A DNA stretch of 64,000 nt, from the NCBI GenBank assembly GCA_043228905.1, contig JBHGNT010000002.1, positions 26,846,001 to 26,910,000 on the forward strand, in the 5' to 3' direction. This DNA is from Azolla caroliniana (Eukaryota > Plantae > Polypodiophyta). Of this stretch, positions 1-13,215 are shown one piece after another. Both the position numbers and the translations under genes were made by a program. Each line of letters begins with the position of its first letter. Position 1 is the stretch's first letter. A model generated the notes under the pieces. That model was not told the origin of the DNA and did not search any database. It saw nothing but the letters and a program-made list of their open reading frames with translations.

Positions 1-2089
1 TATGCAACAATGACACCATGCAAGAAGATCTGAAACGGCAGTTGTTCGGTAAGTAGTGGAAAGTATTGTTTCTCTATTATATAAATAATAATTTCGTGTG
101 CTCGGTTTTTGACATAATCTGATATTTGTTTTTATGAGGATTCAATGGATGGTATCAGAAGATTCTATGTCTCTAGTATATATATATATATATATATTTA
201 TTTATTTATCCCAGCTTTTACATATGTAATCAGTTTGTTCATTGCATCTAGATTTCTATGTTAACCTTTGAAACCTATTCATGGTATCACAGAGATCTAT
301 TTCAATACTAATGGGCTTTGTATTTGTGAATAAGATTTTGTCTAGGCTTCTATGAGGGCAGTATTATATATGTCTATAATTTCTTACTAGTTTTTCATGG
401 AAAGTACAGGTGTTTCTAGAATGTTGAATGGTAGTAATGGCTTCTAGAACGTTGTCAGATGATTATGTGGCTCTTAGGGTTTTCCTGATGGTATTAAGAG
501 GTCAATTGTCTTTAAAGTTGTTTTAAGGTTTGTATCCTCAGATGATGGTATCTGAGGATCGTGTCTCTAGATGAGGATTCTATGTAGTTGGATTCTTTAA
601 GCGAAGTTTGTGGATGATTCGACGGTTTTATGCATTGGAATATGAATCTATGTCTCTAGTTTCTGTGATTAGTCTTATGTTGATGGCATCGTATGTCACT
701 AGGTTTTGTTAACAGGATTAATAGATGGGTTTGATACAGTTATTATGGATAAATGAATATATTCTGATTTGACACTTTCTTTCTTCGAACTGCAGGCTTG
801 CCACAAAGGTATAGAGACTCTGTCCGTACAATACAACCCGGGCTGCCATTGTTTCTGTACAACTACACCACCCATCAACTCCATGGAATCTTTGAGGTTG
901 GTTTTCTTTCCCTTCACAATATTAATAAATTGTGCTCATGGGGCTTTGGGGTTTTAGGACGTTTCTAATATGGGAACATGCCTTATGTATTTCCTTTAAT
1001 CATTTCTATGACACATTAAAAGTGAGATCTTTAAAGACTTGAAGTTTTGCTGGTTGGTTGAATTTGTCCTATGGAGTCTGAAATTGAGTGAAATATTGGG
1101 CTGAGCTTTCTATGACATTTGATGTATTTTTGGCAAATACTACTGGAAACTTTCATAATTCGTTTGAAATATAGACTCATTGAAAGATTTTTTGGCCAAT
1201 TGCCCGCTGATCTTTTTATGACATTTGATGTGTTTTTGGCAAATACTACTGGCTACTTTCATATTTCTTTTGAAAATTTTCAATGAATCATTCAAAGATA
1301 TTTTGGCCAATCACCCAGTGAGCTTTCTATGACATTTGATATGTTTTTGGCAAATACTACCGGCAACTTTCTTTTGAAAATATTTCAGTGAATTATTCAA
1401 AAATATATTGGCCAATCGCCTGAAAATCTTTCATCTTAAAATGAATACCTAAGATACAGCTGCAAATTCTTCCTTGTCCTTTGGCATTTATTAGGGATTT
1501 TGCATATTCTGACATAGTTGCTCTTACAGGCAGCAAGTTTTGGCGGCTCGAACATTGATCCTACAGCATGGGAAGACAAGAAAAACAAAGGAGAATCAAG
1601 ATTTCCAGCACAGGTTTGATATATTATTATATGCAATCAATATCTTTAATATTTTGATGTCATATGTGTTTAGGATTTTGGGTTTAATGCTAAAATGTAG
1701 TAATTACCAATACAATTTATTTTTGGCATATTTCTTTGTGTTTCATGAGAATTTGTTTCAAAGTTGATGGGACTTCTCATTTGAAAATAGGTCCGTATCC
1801 GAGTCCGAAGAATGTGCAAACCATTAGAAGAGGATGCATTTAGACCAGTTCTTTTCCATTATGATGGTCCCAAGTTTCGGCTACAACTCTCTGTCCCTGA
1901 GGTAAAGTGTCCTTCTTTTCCTCTTAACAATATCCAATCCAATTTTGTTTTTATTTATAACGATCTCTTGCAAATCTCATTTATATTGTTTTTCGCTGTT
2001 GTCATAGTTCATTTGCAATGATAATATTTGTTTTGTTTATGTAGACGCTCGCTATTATGGATTTGCTGTCGCAGAATGGATCTGCATGA
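1..2089 (+). CDS. NRP: DCD-domain (development and cell death) protein, NRP/B2-like; 3' part only
   Basis: GT-AG exons <1-48, 796-896, 1530-1613, 1791-1901 and 2045-2089 join in phase: CNNDTMQEDLKRQLFG-LPQRYRDSVRTIQPGLPLFLYNYTTHQLHGIFE-AASFGGSNIDPTAWEDKKNKGESRFPAQ-VRIRVRRMCKPLEEDAFRPVLFHYDGPKFRLQLSVPE-TLAIMDLLSQNGSA*. This is the recognisable plant DCD domain of NRP/B2 proteins. The 5' end lies upstream of the window. Confidence 0.93.
1100..1420. repeat. Intronic tandem repeat, about 3 x 110 bp
   Basis: The unit ctgagctttctatgacatttgatgtatttttggcaaatactac...ttggccaat recurs at about 1101, 1207 and 1319. Confidence 0.85.
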
Positions 2090-4269
2090 ATCTTCTTTTT
2101 AGGCTGAATTTTGGAAGTAATTTAATCCTTACAAAAAAGAGAAGGAATATCATTTCTGCCCCCTTGGGCAAACTGCTTTGTTTTAGATACAGAGGGGGAA
2201 AATAGCGAAGCACTTACTGGACTTTTTTTTCTACTTTTTCAATTTACCAACAAATACTTGGTAATATATAACAATCTAAACAATGGGGTCATTTCGTGCA
2301 GAAAATGTTGATTGAGATCCATGTATTATATATATAATATTGAAGACCTACATAATAGTCTAGGTCTCCCTCTGGTATATAAGGTTCAAAAGTTGTACTT
2401 GTTAGGCCAAGATTTTGTATAATGTGGCCCGTGCAAAGAGAGATTGAGGAATGCAGAACATTTTGGATCTTTTTGTTGACAATCTTCAGAATAATGTATA
2501 AACCATCTTGTGTGAGCAATAATTTGAACGTCAAACAATAAATCTGATGCGTTTTATGTGGACACTTGACTTTTCCTCTGCATGATTGCTTACCTTGTTA
2601 CAATGTTTGTAAGTGTAGAAAGAACGCATCTGATGTGTTTGCGCATTGTGTCAGGCAAAGTTTCCCCCGGGAATATTTTTTAACCTGGTTGGCCAAGCAG
2701 GATTTTGTGTGTAATTTGGCACATTGCAAAAGGATGAGGAATATACAGCACCAGCAATCATATTCTTTTTGCTGACATAAATTTGTGTGTAGCCTGCTCT
2801 ATATGAACATTAACTCCAAATGGAGCAAGAAACTTTTTAGTTGATTTGGTGACTCTTCCTCAACATGATTACTTTGAAAGCAATGCTTGTAAATATTGAA
2901 ATGATGGCATGGTCTTTTACTAATACAATCATTTTACATAATGATGTTTGTGGTTGTTGAGGATGGATTTATACTTTTGCATAATTACTTTGAAAAACGT
3001 GCAATTCTTGTGAACGTTGGATTGCTTTAGTATTTTGTAATAACCATTGAATGTTCATAACAATGAACTATCAAATCTGAGAGCTGCCCAATAGAAATAG
3101 AAGACTCCATGATCGTTGGTGATAAAAGAAAATGCCCCATCATATGGATGTTACTAGCAAAGTTAGAATCTGTATTGCTGTTTTGTCAATTTATACAAGT
3201 TTAATGCAGAACCAGTTAAAGAGTGGATTTGAGCATTGGATGAACACACCTTCCAAGAATTTCTGGGAAAAAAGTAAATGTCTCTTACACAGGATCAGAC
3301 AGGAGGATGCTGCATTTTAGAAGCGGTGGAGAATAAAAACGTAGATGCTGTATTAAAATTGATGTGTTTCCACAACAAATAATACAGTTTTCCTGACTGG
3401 CCGTTATGATAGATTTTCGAATCTATAGAACTGTCAAATGCCATGAAGATTTTTACAATTTCTTTGAAAAACTACAATTTGCAAGCAAGCTTGAAAATGT
3501 TTTTCTACAATGCTTCATTGTTGCCGAACATTAGATGTAATCAATAGCCGAGTTTCACCAAACCATTTTTACTGATAATTGTAAGAAGTCATAAAATGAA
3601 TGGCTGTCTTTGCGAGAAAAAACTGAACTTAGGTGCAAATCACACATTTCAGAATGGAGGAAACAAGAATAGAGATGTATGAACCCTGAAACCTAAACCC
3701 TAAACCCAACCACCTAATTGGAGTGCCCTCAAGTGCTTAATTGTTTCTTAAAAGTAGAATAAAGCCGTTAAGTTAGAAGTAAGCCTCATTCCTAGACTAA
3801 GTTCTCTAGGTATCGATACTTTAAAATGAGCTCATAATTAGAATTGATGCCAACCTCGACATCAAATTATCAAACTTGCATTGGACAGGTTAAAATCTCT
3901 CTCCAGATGAGAAAGAGGTACCTTTGATCAATAAGTGACAGTACAATGACAGGAGATTTGAGTTTGACTATACTCTAAAAAACATAACAAGTTTGTAAAA
4001 CTCTATAGCATTTCTTCCCAGTTGTCTTACATTGTGAGCTGCCAAAACCATTATGTCTTGTGTAATTTGTATATGTATGTGTGTGGGGAAGTGCATCTGT
4101 GAGCTTGGAGTATTATATACTCCAAGTATGTGTGTATGAAAGTACGTTTTGCGAATTCAGGGTATGAACAAAGCTTAAACTACAAAAGAAAGAGCTCGTA
4201 AAAAGGAAACAGATGATGCAAGAAGATAGTAGCAAAGAGATGAGATGCCATTGAGGACAAAGCTCTACT

Positions 4270-4351
4270 TTTCGATGATTTGGTACACATCCCATTATTG
4301 TAATCAATTTTCTCATGGGCCAAATTTGGTCTTAGAAGACGTTAATATATC
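4270..4351 (+). mobile_element. LINE 3' terminus remnant, same family as 41605-42647
   Basis: tctcatgggccaaatttggtcttagaagacgttaatatatc (4311-4351) nearly matches tctcatgggccaaatttggccttagaagacgttaatatatc (42607-42647), which ends the LINE ORF region there. Confidence 0.7.
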
Positions 4352-4641
4352 TTTCTTCTTACAAGAAAAGAATCTATGAAAAATCAGGCAGTGTTAAGAA
4401 AACCTAACAAACCAAATTGAAATTTGTTTTATGCTAGCAAATGTCCTACATTCACACCCACCTTGTTCAACATATCGGAAGTTATTTCTCGAAAGACAGT
4501 TAATTAAGCAAGCCAATATCTTATGCTCTTCTTTCTCTCGACTTAATATCCGATGTCATATCAATGCAGCAATTTACTTTTAAGTTCTCATAAGAGGGAT
4601 GGTATAATAGATAATGAATTATAAAACTTTCTTTGACTTGA

Positions 4642-4644
<3 letters not shown>

Positions 4645-4687
<43 letters not shown>
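4645..4687. repeat. (GA)n microsatellite
   Basis: Uninterrupted ag run of about 21 units. Confidence 0.95.
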
Positions 4688-4692
<5 letters not shown>

Positions 4693-5299
4693 ATGAGTGA
4701 TAAACAGAAATAGGAAGGCATGACATGAGAGAAAAGTATAAATCTACATTTTCAACATGAGCAGGATTTGGACATTCCTCTAACGCGATAGCTTGATCCA
4801 CATCTCGAGTCTCTCTCTCTCTCTCTCAACAACTGCCCACCCAATTGCATGACAAGCCTCGAGAAGATGGATAGATGTATAATAAACCTTCAGAAAACAC
4901 TTATAATTTGATAAACAGGCACATGCTTATGAGGAAGCACAATATTGAGATTGATTTATACTACCTCTTCATGAGCAAAGACTTGGCCAATGCCTGATGA
5001 TATTGTAACAAAAACCCCAATGCCAATCAATCAAGCATCCACAACTATGGCATTCTAATGCAAAATGATTGTGTCATGTTCCCTCATCAACCCTCCTTAC
5101 TACAACTATTGTAGTTTCAGTCTTTTATCACCTCTTTCTTCAACTCATACAAGGTTAAATCGGCCATCTAGGGGCCTTCAACATGGACAATTGTTTGACC
5201 ACACAAGACTACAAGGCAAACACCTTATACATGCAGCATACTTACCCCTATCCTTGCACAAATTTTTAATAGGGCCTTTGTGGAGGCCCTCCAACACAT

Positions 5300-5950
5300 G
5301 GACCATGCACACGGTTGTGCCCATCCATAAGTTAGGAAAACCCCTTTAACTAGGGAACTATCAAACTATCATGATTGATCACTCATTCACCAAACTTTAT
5401 GTATGTATTGGAACTCAACAATTACACTGAGATCAAAGAGATATGAGCCATCGGCCATGCAGGATTTAGGAGAGCCTTCTCTACCAGAAGCAGACTACCA
5501 CTGATCACATCCTAACATTACATTGCTTGCTGAAACAAACAAAGATGCAAAAAAAGTGATTGCATGGATGATTTGAAGATTTCCACAAGGCCTTTGATCT
5601 TGTACCAAGGGAATGCCTCCTACAAAAACTCCGTTTCATGCTCTATATAAACAAGTGCTGGGATGAGTTGGGTGGATATCCAAGGAGACTATTGGAAGTA
5701 ATCCCAAGTACCATTAGTGTGATGCAAGGATGCTCACTCTTCCCAGCCTCTTTCAACAGTACATCAACAAGGTAGCAGACTACATCAAACATGGAGGTGG
5801 CATGAAATCAGCATATTAGGTGGACTCATCCACATTTATCTTTACGTCGATATGATATAATCTGATCTCTGAGTCTCCAACAAGTCTACAATATTCTCTC
5901 AATGCCTCAGATTGTGCTTCCTGTGAAAAAAGGCTTACAATAAACCTAAG
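5300..5950 (+). pseudogene. Degenerate non-LTR retrotransposon reverse transcriptase fragment
   Basis: Frameshifted RT motifs appear in the expected order: NYQTIMIDHSFTKLY (~5355), GHAGFRRAFST/TDHILTL (~5453-5520), DFHKAFDLVPRE (~5578), VMQGCSL (~5720) and LYVD (~5840). Boundaries are approximate. Confidence 0.75.
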
Positions 5951-6946
5951 GTTTTTCCACACATCTATACTGACTCACCAACAAGCTATCTTGTCTTCAT
6001 CCTATCAAGAGGGCAAGTTACCCATCAAGGCCAATTATATGGCTCCAGTCCTCCCCATGTCAGGTGGGCACAAATAGAGAATCCACAAGTCATGATGTCA
6101 TGGTTGATACGTAGCTGAATTGGTAGACATCCCCAAATTTAAGCACCAGCCGACAACACCATTATCTCTGAACAAGAAAATCACACTCATCTGACCCCAT
6201 TCCCTTGTCCACCATTCAGGCCATTGAATAACTAGTCTCTCAATAGGAGAGACATCAGCTATGCATGTTTCATCCCAAACAAGTTTGCAGTCTCAATACA
6301 CATTCTAATGCATACTCCTTCGTAAACCATATTTGAGTTTGCTTTCCTACAGATTCATTGGTAAAAATCTTGAATGACAAGAGTTTCTTACCAGCACACA
6401 CAACAAGATAATGCTTGACTTTGAACCCATGGATCATTATTGACCCCTAAGGAACAATAATAAAATCTATGTCTCATAGTACTAAGCCATCTTTTCTATA
6501 AGCTTGCTCCACCATGTTTCAAATCTCACTGACTAATCCAATTATTTTACTAGATAACCAAGCAGCATATAGAGACCGAGTCCCATTAATTTAAAATAAG
6601 ACCATGCATAATATACAGATTAAAAGTGATGACCTTCTCATCTCCAGCAGAGAAACTTACCAACTTACCTATATTCATCTAACTATCATGTATGGAATGA
6701 TTGAGGTCGTATTTTTTTGAAATACTTAAGACAGTTTTCATATATATGGATAGATAGATACATAGAAGATTATGCCAACCACGATCAAAGAATATAAGTA
6801 TGGAAGGTCGTTTGCTTATGTTAATTCGAGACAAAGGGCTGGACATAAAATATAATAGACATCTTGGTTCAGAATGAGTAGACCGAGGTGACCATATCAA
6901 TGCAAAGTTGACATCAGCATTAGTCGGCCATTGTCCTTTTCGCACT

Positions 6947-7915
6947 CTATTGACATGTTTCATTCTCTGAGGAGAACTTTGCCTTCTTCTCCAATGGACT
7001 GTTAGTGTCCTCTCCAGACGCAGGTGACTCTAGCTTGGCGTGGACTCTGAAGCAAGTGAGCCACATATTGATAGAAGGATTAGAGACCACTTTGGCATTA
7101 TATTAATTTTGTTCTGCATTTGGCACTTAAGACCCTAAGAAGTAAGGTGTTTTATACCTGTCTTTTCGTTTCTCTAAGAAGCGGGCGAGGGATGCTTTTC
7201 GTGCAAAAGGCAGCTCTGCATATATTCACACCAGATATAACAACCAATTTCTGCATATTTTTTGCATCTCCAATTATGCATACCAGATGAACAAGAAGCA
7301 AATGAACCATATTGTAGAAGTATCCCACTACTTAATGACAATGTATGGGCATAACTAGGACTATACCATTACAATATGTGAATGTGTGGCCACGACCTGA
7401 GAGTGCCCCATCATGATACATGGCTATATGTACTGCCGTACACTGATATTATGTAGCATAATATCAGTGTATGGCATTGAAAATCATGAGTGCTACATTA
7501 CACGATGTAGATGCACAGGGATATAATACAGATACATTATGTCAATATGGATGCATGCTTATAACCAAGAAGAAAGTACATCATTAAAACATGTCGATGC
7601 ATGATCAGAATGTATAGGTCCGCACTCCATTACATCCACAAGAAGTCTTAGAGCTTTTCTCAATGTTCATGGCATATTGTAGATTTGGACCTAAAATTAG
7701 ACACAGCTATAGGCAAGGCTCTGCCTACCTAGCCAAAGAGAAGTAAAGATCACACCTATAGAACCCCATAACGTTGAACCTCTTAAAGATCCAAAACCTC
7801 CAGGGTTGACATAAGGGAAAAGGGGCAAGCCTTGTACATGGCACTAATAAAGGCCTAACGCATGTTGTCTATATTTAAAAATTCTAGTGTTATCTATCTC
7901 TCTCTCACTCTCTCT

Positions 7916-7949
<34 letters not shown>

Positions 7950-8507
7950 CTTGTGGGTGTACACAAGCAAAACAAATTGCATAATTGAATAAGGGTGGTT
8001 ACAAAGACAGAGGGAGAGAGAGAGAGACAACCAGCTTGAGATCTCTTGCACACAATTTGTTGTTTCTTTTCAACATGAGGAGCAGGGTTCAAAGTGGTCG
8101 AAGGACGGCGAATACGATCATCATCATTCCCATGATTGTCACATTTACCATTTCTCTGAGGATTATTCAGAAGAAACATGATGGCATGAGCCTGAGGAAT
8201 TCAGCAAGGAAATAGTTATTTAGAAAACAGAAACAGGGGAGAAAGAATAGAAAGGAATAACAGGGCATACATACATACATACATACATACATACATACAT
8301 ACATACATACATGCATGCATGCATGCATGCATAGGTACGTACATATATACTTACATACATACATACATACATAACAAACATAACATACATACAGAATATA
8401 TGTATGTATGTATGTATGCATGTATGTATGTATTGTATTACCTTGTCTGCAGGGACATCATCGTAGACATTGACTGTGCCAGAGTAGAAAATGGTGAGTT
8501 GGGCCAT
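6947..8507 (-). CDS. JAZ: JAZ (TIFY/ZIM + Jas) jasmonate-signalling repressor, about 127 aa
   Basis: Exons 8507-8442, 8191-8032, 7215-7158 and 7046-6947 (GT-AG, phases consistent, 384 nt): MAQLTIFYSGTVNVYDDVPADK-AHAIMFLL...KRSQA-ELPFARKASLARFLEKRKDR-VHAKLESP...TCQ*. TIFY motif, Jas motif and the conserved Jas intron position are present. An additional upstream exon cannot be excluded. Confidence 0.9.
8266..8432. repeat. Compound (TACA)n/(TGCA)n/(TATG)n microsatellite in JAZ intron 1
   Basis: Visible catacatac and tatgtatg runs in opposite orientation. Confidence 0.9.
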
Positions 8508-8667
8508 CACATGTGGTAACAAGAGGAATGCTCTGTTCTCAGTATTTCTACCTGTTTTCTGTGGATAAAAGCTCTTTGGAATAGGAATACTCGTTCTGCC
8601 TTTGAAGAGGGAGAGAGAAAAGAAGAGGAAGGAGGAGAAAGGAAGAAGAAGAAGAAGAAGTGTATGA

Positions 8668-8677
8668 ACGTGTCTAA

Positions 8678-8720
<43 letters not shown>

Positions 8721-8811
8721 CACTAATTCCTCCTTCCCACTCACTCCTCTTCCATCCTCCCAAGAAGAAGAAGAAGAAGAAGAAGAAGAAAAAACACAGC
8801 ACATAAACGTG
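8668..8811. promoter_or_regulatory. JAZ 5' region: two AACGTG (T/G-box) motifs flanking (GA)n and (GAA)n tracts
   Basis: AACGTG at about 8668 and 8806, and again at about 9743. T/G-boxes are MYC2-type bHLH sites typical of JA-inducible JAZ promoters; function here is inferred. Confidence 0.45.
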
Positions 8812-11800
8812 CTTGAAAAATGATGTGTTTTATTTACATTGTGTGAACAAATATACATGAAATGCATGTGGGGTTCCTTTGGACCCCACCCACCCACCAC
8901 CCCCCCCCAAGCAGGACAAGCCGAAGCCGAGACACGACTTTTATGCTTTGCGTGCCGATGCCTTGTAATCAACATGCCTCTCGCATCCCTCGAAACCCGA
9001 CTCATTCAACACCGACTTTACATATTCATATATCTGTTCATGGGACGACTCTTGCCAATGGATGTGCCTCGACAGTGTGTGGCCTCGCCTTTTTCTTCCT
9101 CCCGTGACCCACCAACTTTTTTAATGCTTGGTTTGTTTTGTAGGTGTGGCATGTGAATCATCAGGCACGTAGACAACAACAGTGTTTGCTTTCCTTTGGA
9201 CTAGCTCACACTGTAGGATCTTTGCTTCTATTTTAAAGCCGGAATGCCATTTATGCATGGCTTTGTCGTCTACATTAAGGTGTGCATCCACAAAACGCTG
9301 ATAGTTGCACTCGTTAAAAGGAGTTTTTTCGATGAAAATTAAGTGGACCATGTGTGTGGTAGGTAGGAAACCTTCCGAAGAGAAGTTAATTGTGAACCCA
9401 AAACATAAAGTCCTACTTTATATAAAAAACTGTGTGAATGAAGATAATAGAAAACCCTATTCCTCTATTTATTGTGGTGAAATATTTTTGTACGAATCAA
9501 ATTTTGAAATACATTCAAAGAAACACGAGATACATGGTTTTTGTTCATGTGCATTTGCACAACTTTTTCTTATTATGTGTTTTTGAATAGGAGAAGCACA
9601 TGGGGCAATTGCTTGACATTGTGATTGAAATGTCTTGTCGTGGGTTTTGATTAATCCATCATGTAGAGAGAGGAGAGGTAGGTGAGGAGGGAGAATATGT
9701 AAAAAAAAGAGGTAAAGGGAAAACGACTCTCGATTAGGCCTCAACGTGCGTGGAATGTGGGGCCATAGCTTAGGGATCCAATTATCTTGTTAGCATTTCT
9801 TCGCGGCCACAATTTCATTAGTTGCAGGTTGATAATGCGCGAAGGGGGGTGAATTTGCATCTTCATATATAAACCTCCAAGTGTTACCTTGCAACTTGCA
9901 TACACAAATAAAGATTCTCTACATTGACTAATAAATACACAAAGGTATCAACATTAAGGTTAACATTACAGATTGTACTAGACAAAGATTCTATCCAATT
10001 ACAAATAAATAGACCTTGTGGTTTAAACTTTAAACTTAACATTTGCATAATGAAAAAGCTTGACCCTAACAATGAACTAAACAATATAAATACACTAACA
10101 CAACCTGGATCATGGAACATTCTCAAATAATATAGTAACTTTGTATTAGATTGAAAACAATTAACAAAAAAACATTTTCATTGGAAGCAACGTTATTGGC
10201 AACATGAAATGGATATAATTAATTACGAAAGAATATGGAATTGTGAGAATTCCGTGAGGACAAGCCGAGTCTAAAAAAAAGTTGCATGTGACACAAATCC
10301 CTCATATAATCATCCGTCCATTGCGCCACACGACATTGTTACCCACGTTATGGCAAGTGCTTCGATTAGCCATACAAAGTCATCGTAGACTATTTCGAGA
10401 CCAAGAAGTGGTTACATACTAATTTCAATGTGAGTCGTTGCGTAATATACTTGGATTTCCTCAATTTTCTCACTCCCAAACAAACATATGGTTGGATTGG
10501 TGGGTTGCATGGTACAGTCCTACCCCACCCACAAAATATAGCCATTGTCTTTGGTAATTGGAGAACTTTTCCCAAGTGTGAATCCATGAATAGGAGACAT
10601 GTGGTCATGGTCACATGTTCCAAATGAAGTATACAAATGTAAATCGCACACATGTTTATATTAATCGAAAACACTAAGATTTTAAAATTAAAAAAGCATT
10701 GAGATTTTAGGACAAAAACAATGTCGCACATTGTACTCAATGTTAGAAGTCATTGAAATGTATGTATCATGGTTACTATTAGAAGCCATTAAAGTGTATG
10801 CATCATGACTAATATTAGAAGTCATTAAAGTGTACGAATTAGGATGAATTAAGGGTGTTGTACCACATCAACTAGCTTTGAGCAAAGGACAAGGGACAAA
10901 TACAAACATGTGCCATGAAATATGGCCTTGTGTTATAAGTTATAACTTATACCTCAAAACTCCACCAAACAATGATTTGAATTACCATCCAATTAATTAT
11001 GAATCACAAATAATGTCTCTACGGTCATATGTGACAAGGGGGTAGTAGCTTAGTCCTCTTTATATAGTTGAACTCTTTAGGCTCCCCGATCACCACATGT
11101 CCTAGATTCTCATGGCTTGTCTCAAGTTCTAGGATAACCAAACTCTCATTTATCTTACCTTAAATTCATTCAAATTAGTATTTAGAATTAGTCTCTCGAG
11201 ATTTTCTTGTAATTATATGCATACAACCCTATGAAATATCAAGTTTATTCTAGAAATGTGTCAATTAGAGTCAAGAACTCCTTTACAAGTGTGAATGCTA
11301 TTTCACCAATTCTATGTTGAATGATTGCAGTCACATACACTATTACTGTTACTCCTATTGTTCATGTTAACAATTGTTGATGTTGGTAGGTCAACCAATA
11401 TAGTTGTTGCATGTTAGGGTGTGGCAATGCACGCGGTTTGTTATCTCATTTTTGTTCCAACATTTGGTGCCACATGAAGGCCAACATAAATAACGCATAG
11501 GGGGAGTTCAATATTTACACAACATGCCTAAACATGGACCACAAAGTCAAAACAAATTAAACACGCAGGAAACATACAATAACTAGATCATTAAATATTC
11601 TGGCTTGTTACCATTATGATTGTTTCCTTAGCTTTCAACCACCATTTCTTGTGGCTAAATTTTATCGACCCCATCTTCAGTGAATATGATTATGCTATTT
11701 GTGATAATATCCTCATCAAAGAGGATCTCATCTAACTATGGATAATGGCCCAATCTTGAACCCCCATAAGATCGTTGTCCATGATCATTCTATTGTCTAC

Positions 11801-12029
11801 CCTTTAGTGGGCTTGATGGGTGAGAATAATTGTCAAATATACTCAAGCTATTAAGGAGAACACTAATCCACCCCTTCACCGTTCTAAATGGCTCACAATT
11901 CTTGAACGATGGGTGTATAGTAATATTCATGTTCGTGCAAGCATTCAAACGTTTGGAAACGAACACATTTGAAATGGGAAAAATATGTGCTCCTTTATTT
12001 TTTCTTTTATTTATTTATTATAATTGTAA

Positions 12030-13215
12030 TTTTGCTCACCCTAGTGGTAAGGAGTCAACACTTTCATTTTGCTCACCCTTTATTTTTTCTTTTTTTTCAT
12101 TTATTATGATTGTTGTCTATGTCTTGGGTTCGATTCCCAATATTCTCAACACTTTCTCTCTCATTAGTACCATGTCATAGAAACATTTTATGTTAGTGTT
12201 ATAATAGTTTTTTTGTTTTATTTTTTTATTATTCGAACTAAGTACAATCTAGTGGTAAGTTGTTGTGCTACCATTACTTGTGTCTTCGGTTTAATTCCCA
12301 ACTTTCTCATATCCTCTTGTTAGTGTCATGGCAAAATTTTATGTTAGTGTCATGTTCCTTTTTCTTCTTTTTCTTTCTTTCTTTCTTATTAGAAATTAGC
12401 TCACCTGTAACAATCGGCAACGGTTCGGGAGGGTCCAAACCGAACCGTTATTTCTTTTTGAAACCTGAACCAAACCGCGAAACTGTTAAACATTTTTCAA
12501 ACCGTTAAACCATTAAACCGTAAAAATTGCGGTTTCGTGGTTTTTATGGTTTCGGTTTTCAACATAGATCACATTTTTAATTTTTTAAAATTTATAATAT
12601 TTCATTATTTAGAATTTTTAGAATTTTTAATATGTTCCTAAAATGTGAGAAAAAGGTGTAAAAATGAAAAGATTGTTTAAAAACTATTTTTACATTAATT
12701 TTTTTAAAAAAAAAAATTAAAATTTTAAAATCGTTAAATCGTTAAAATCATTTAAACCACGGTTTTTGACTGTTGAAACCAAACCGAAACCGAACCGTTT
12801 AAAAAAAACCTAAACTTGAACCAAACTGAATCGAACTGTTAAGCCGTTAAACTGCGGTTTCACGGTTCGGTTCGGTTCAAACCGAACCGTTGCCGATTGT
12901 TACTCACCCGAGTGGTAAGTTGTTATGCTACTACTGCCTATGTCATTGCAAAATTTTATGCTAGTGTCATGTTCCTTTTTCTTTTTTTCTTTGTTATTAG
13001 AAATTGTCACCCTAGTGGTAAGTTGTTATGCTACTATTGCCTATGTCATGTTTTCTTTATATTCTCGAATATACGTTTTATGAGTTTTTGATCGTTTCTT
13101 TTTTTCTTTCTTTGTTATTAGAAATTAGGTCACCCTAGTGGTAAGTTGTTATGCTACTTTTGCCTATGTCATGTTTTCTTCATATTCTCGAATATACGTT
13201 TTATGAGTTTTTGAA
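12030..13215. repeat. Degenerate tandem repeat (about 120-200 bp units) with tRNA-like A/B-box remnants, interrupted by a hAT MITE
   Basis: (t)caccctagtggtaagttgttatgctac recurs at about 12036, 12249, 12904, 13007 and 13130. B-box-like gggttcgattccc lies at about 12126 and cggtttaattccc at about 12287. Confidence 0.7.
12408..12902. mobile_element. Non-autonomous hAT element (MITE), 495 bp
   Basis: TIRs taacaatcggcaacggttcgg / ccgaaccgttgccgattgtta; 8-bp TSD ctcacctg / ctcacccg (1 mismatch); many AACCG subterminal repeats. Neighbouring tandem units show the empty site (agaaattaggtcaccctagtgg). Confidence 0.88.

Noticed and set aside
3683-3707. Telomere-like accctgaaacctaaaccctaaaccc
   Set aside because: Only about 3 degenerate units; a common telo-box-type motif, not an interstitial telomere array.
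8220-9005. 261-aa ORF in the track
   Set aside because: Runs through microsatellites (SLSLS, MYVC). Only the 22-codon TIFY exon is credible.
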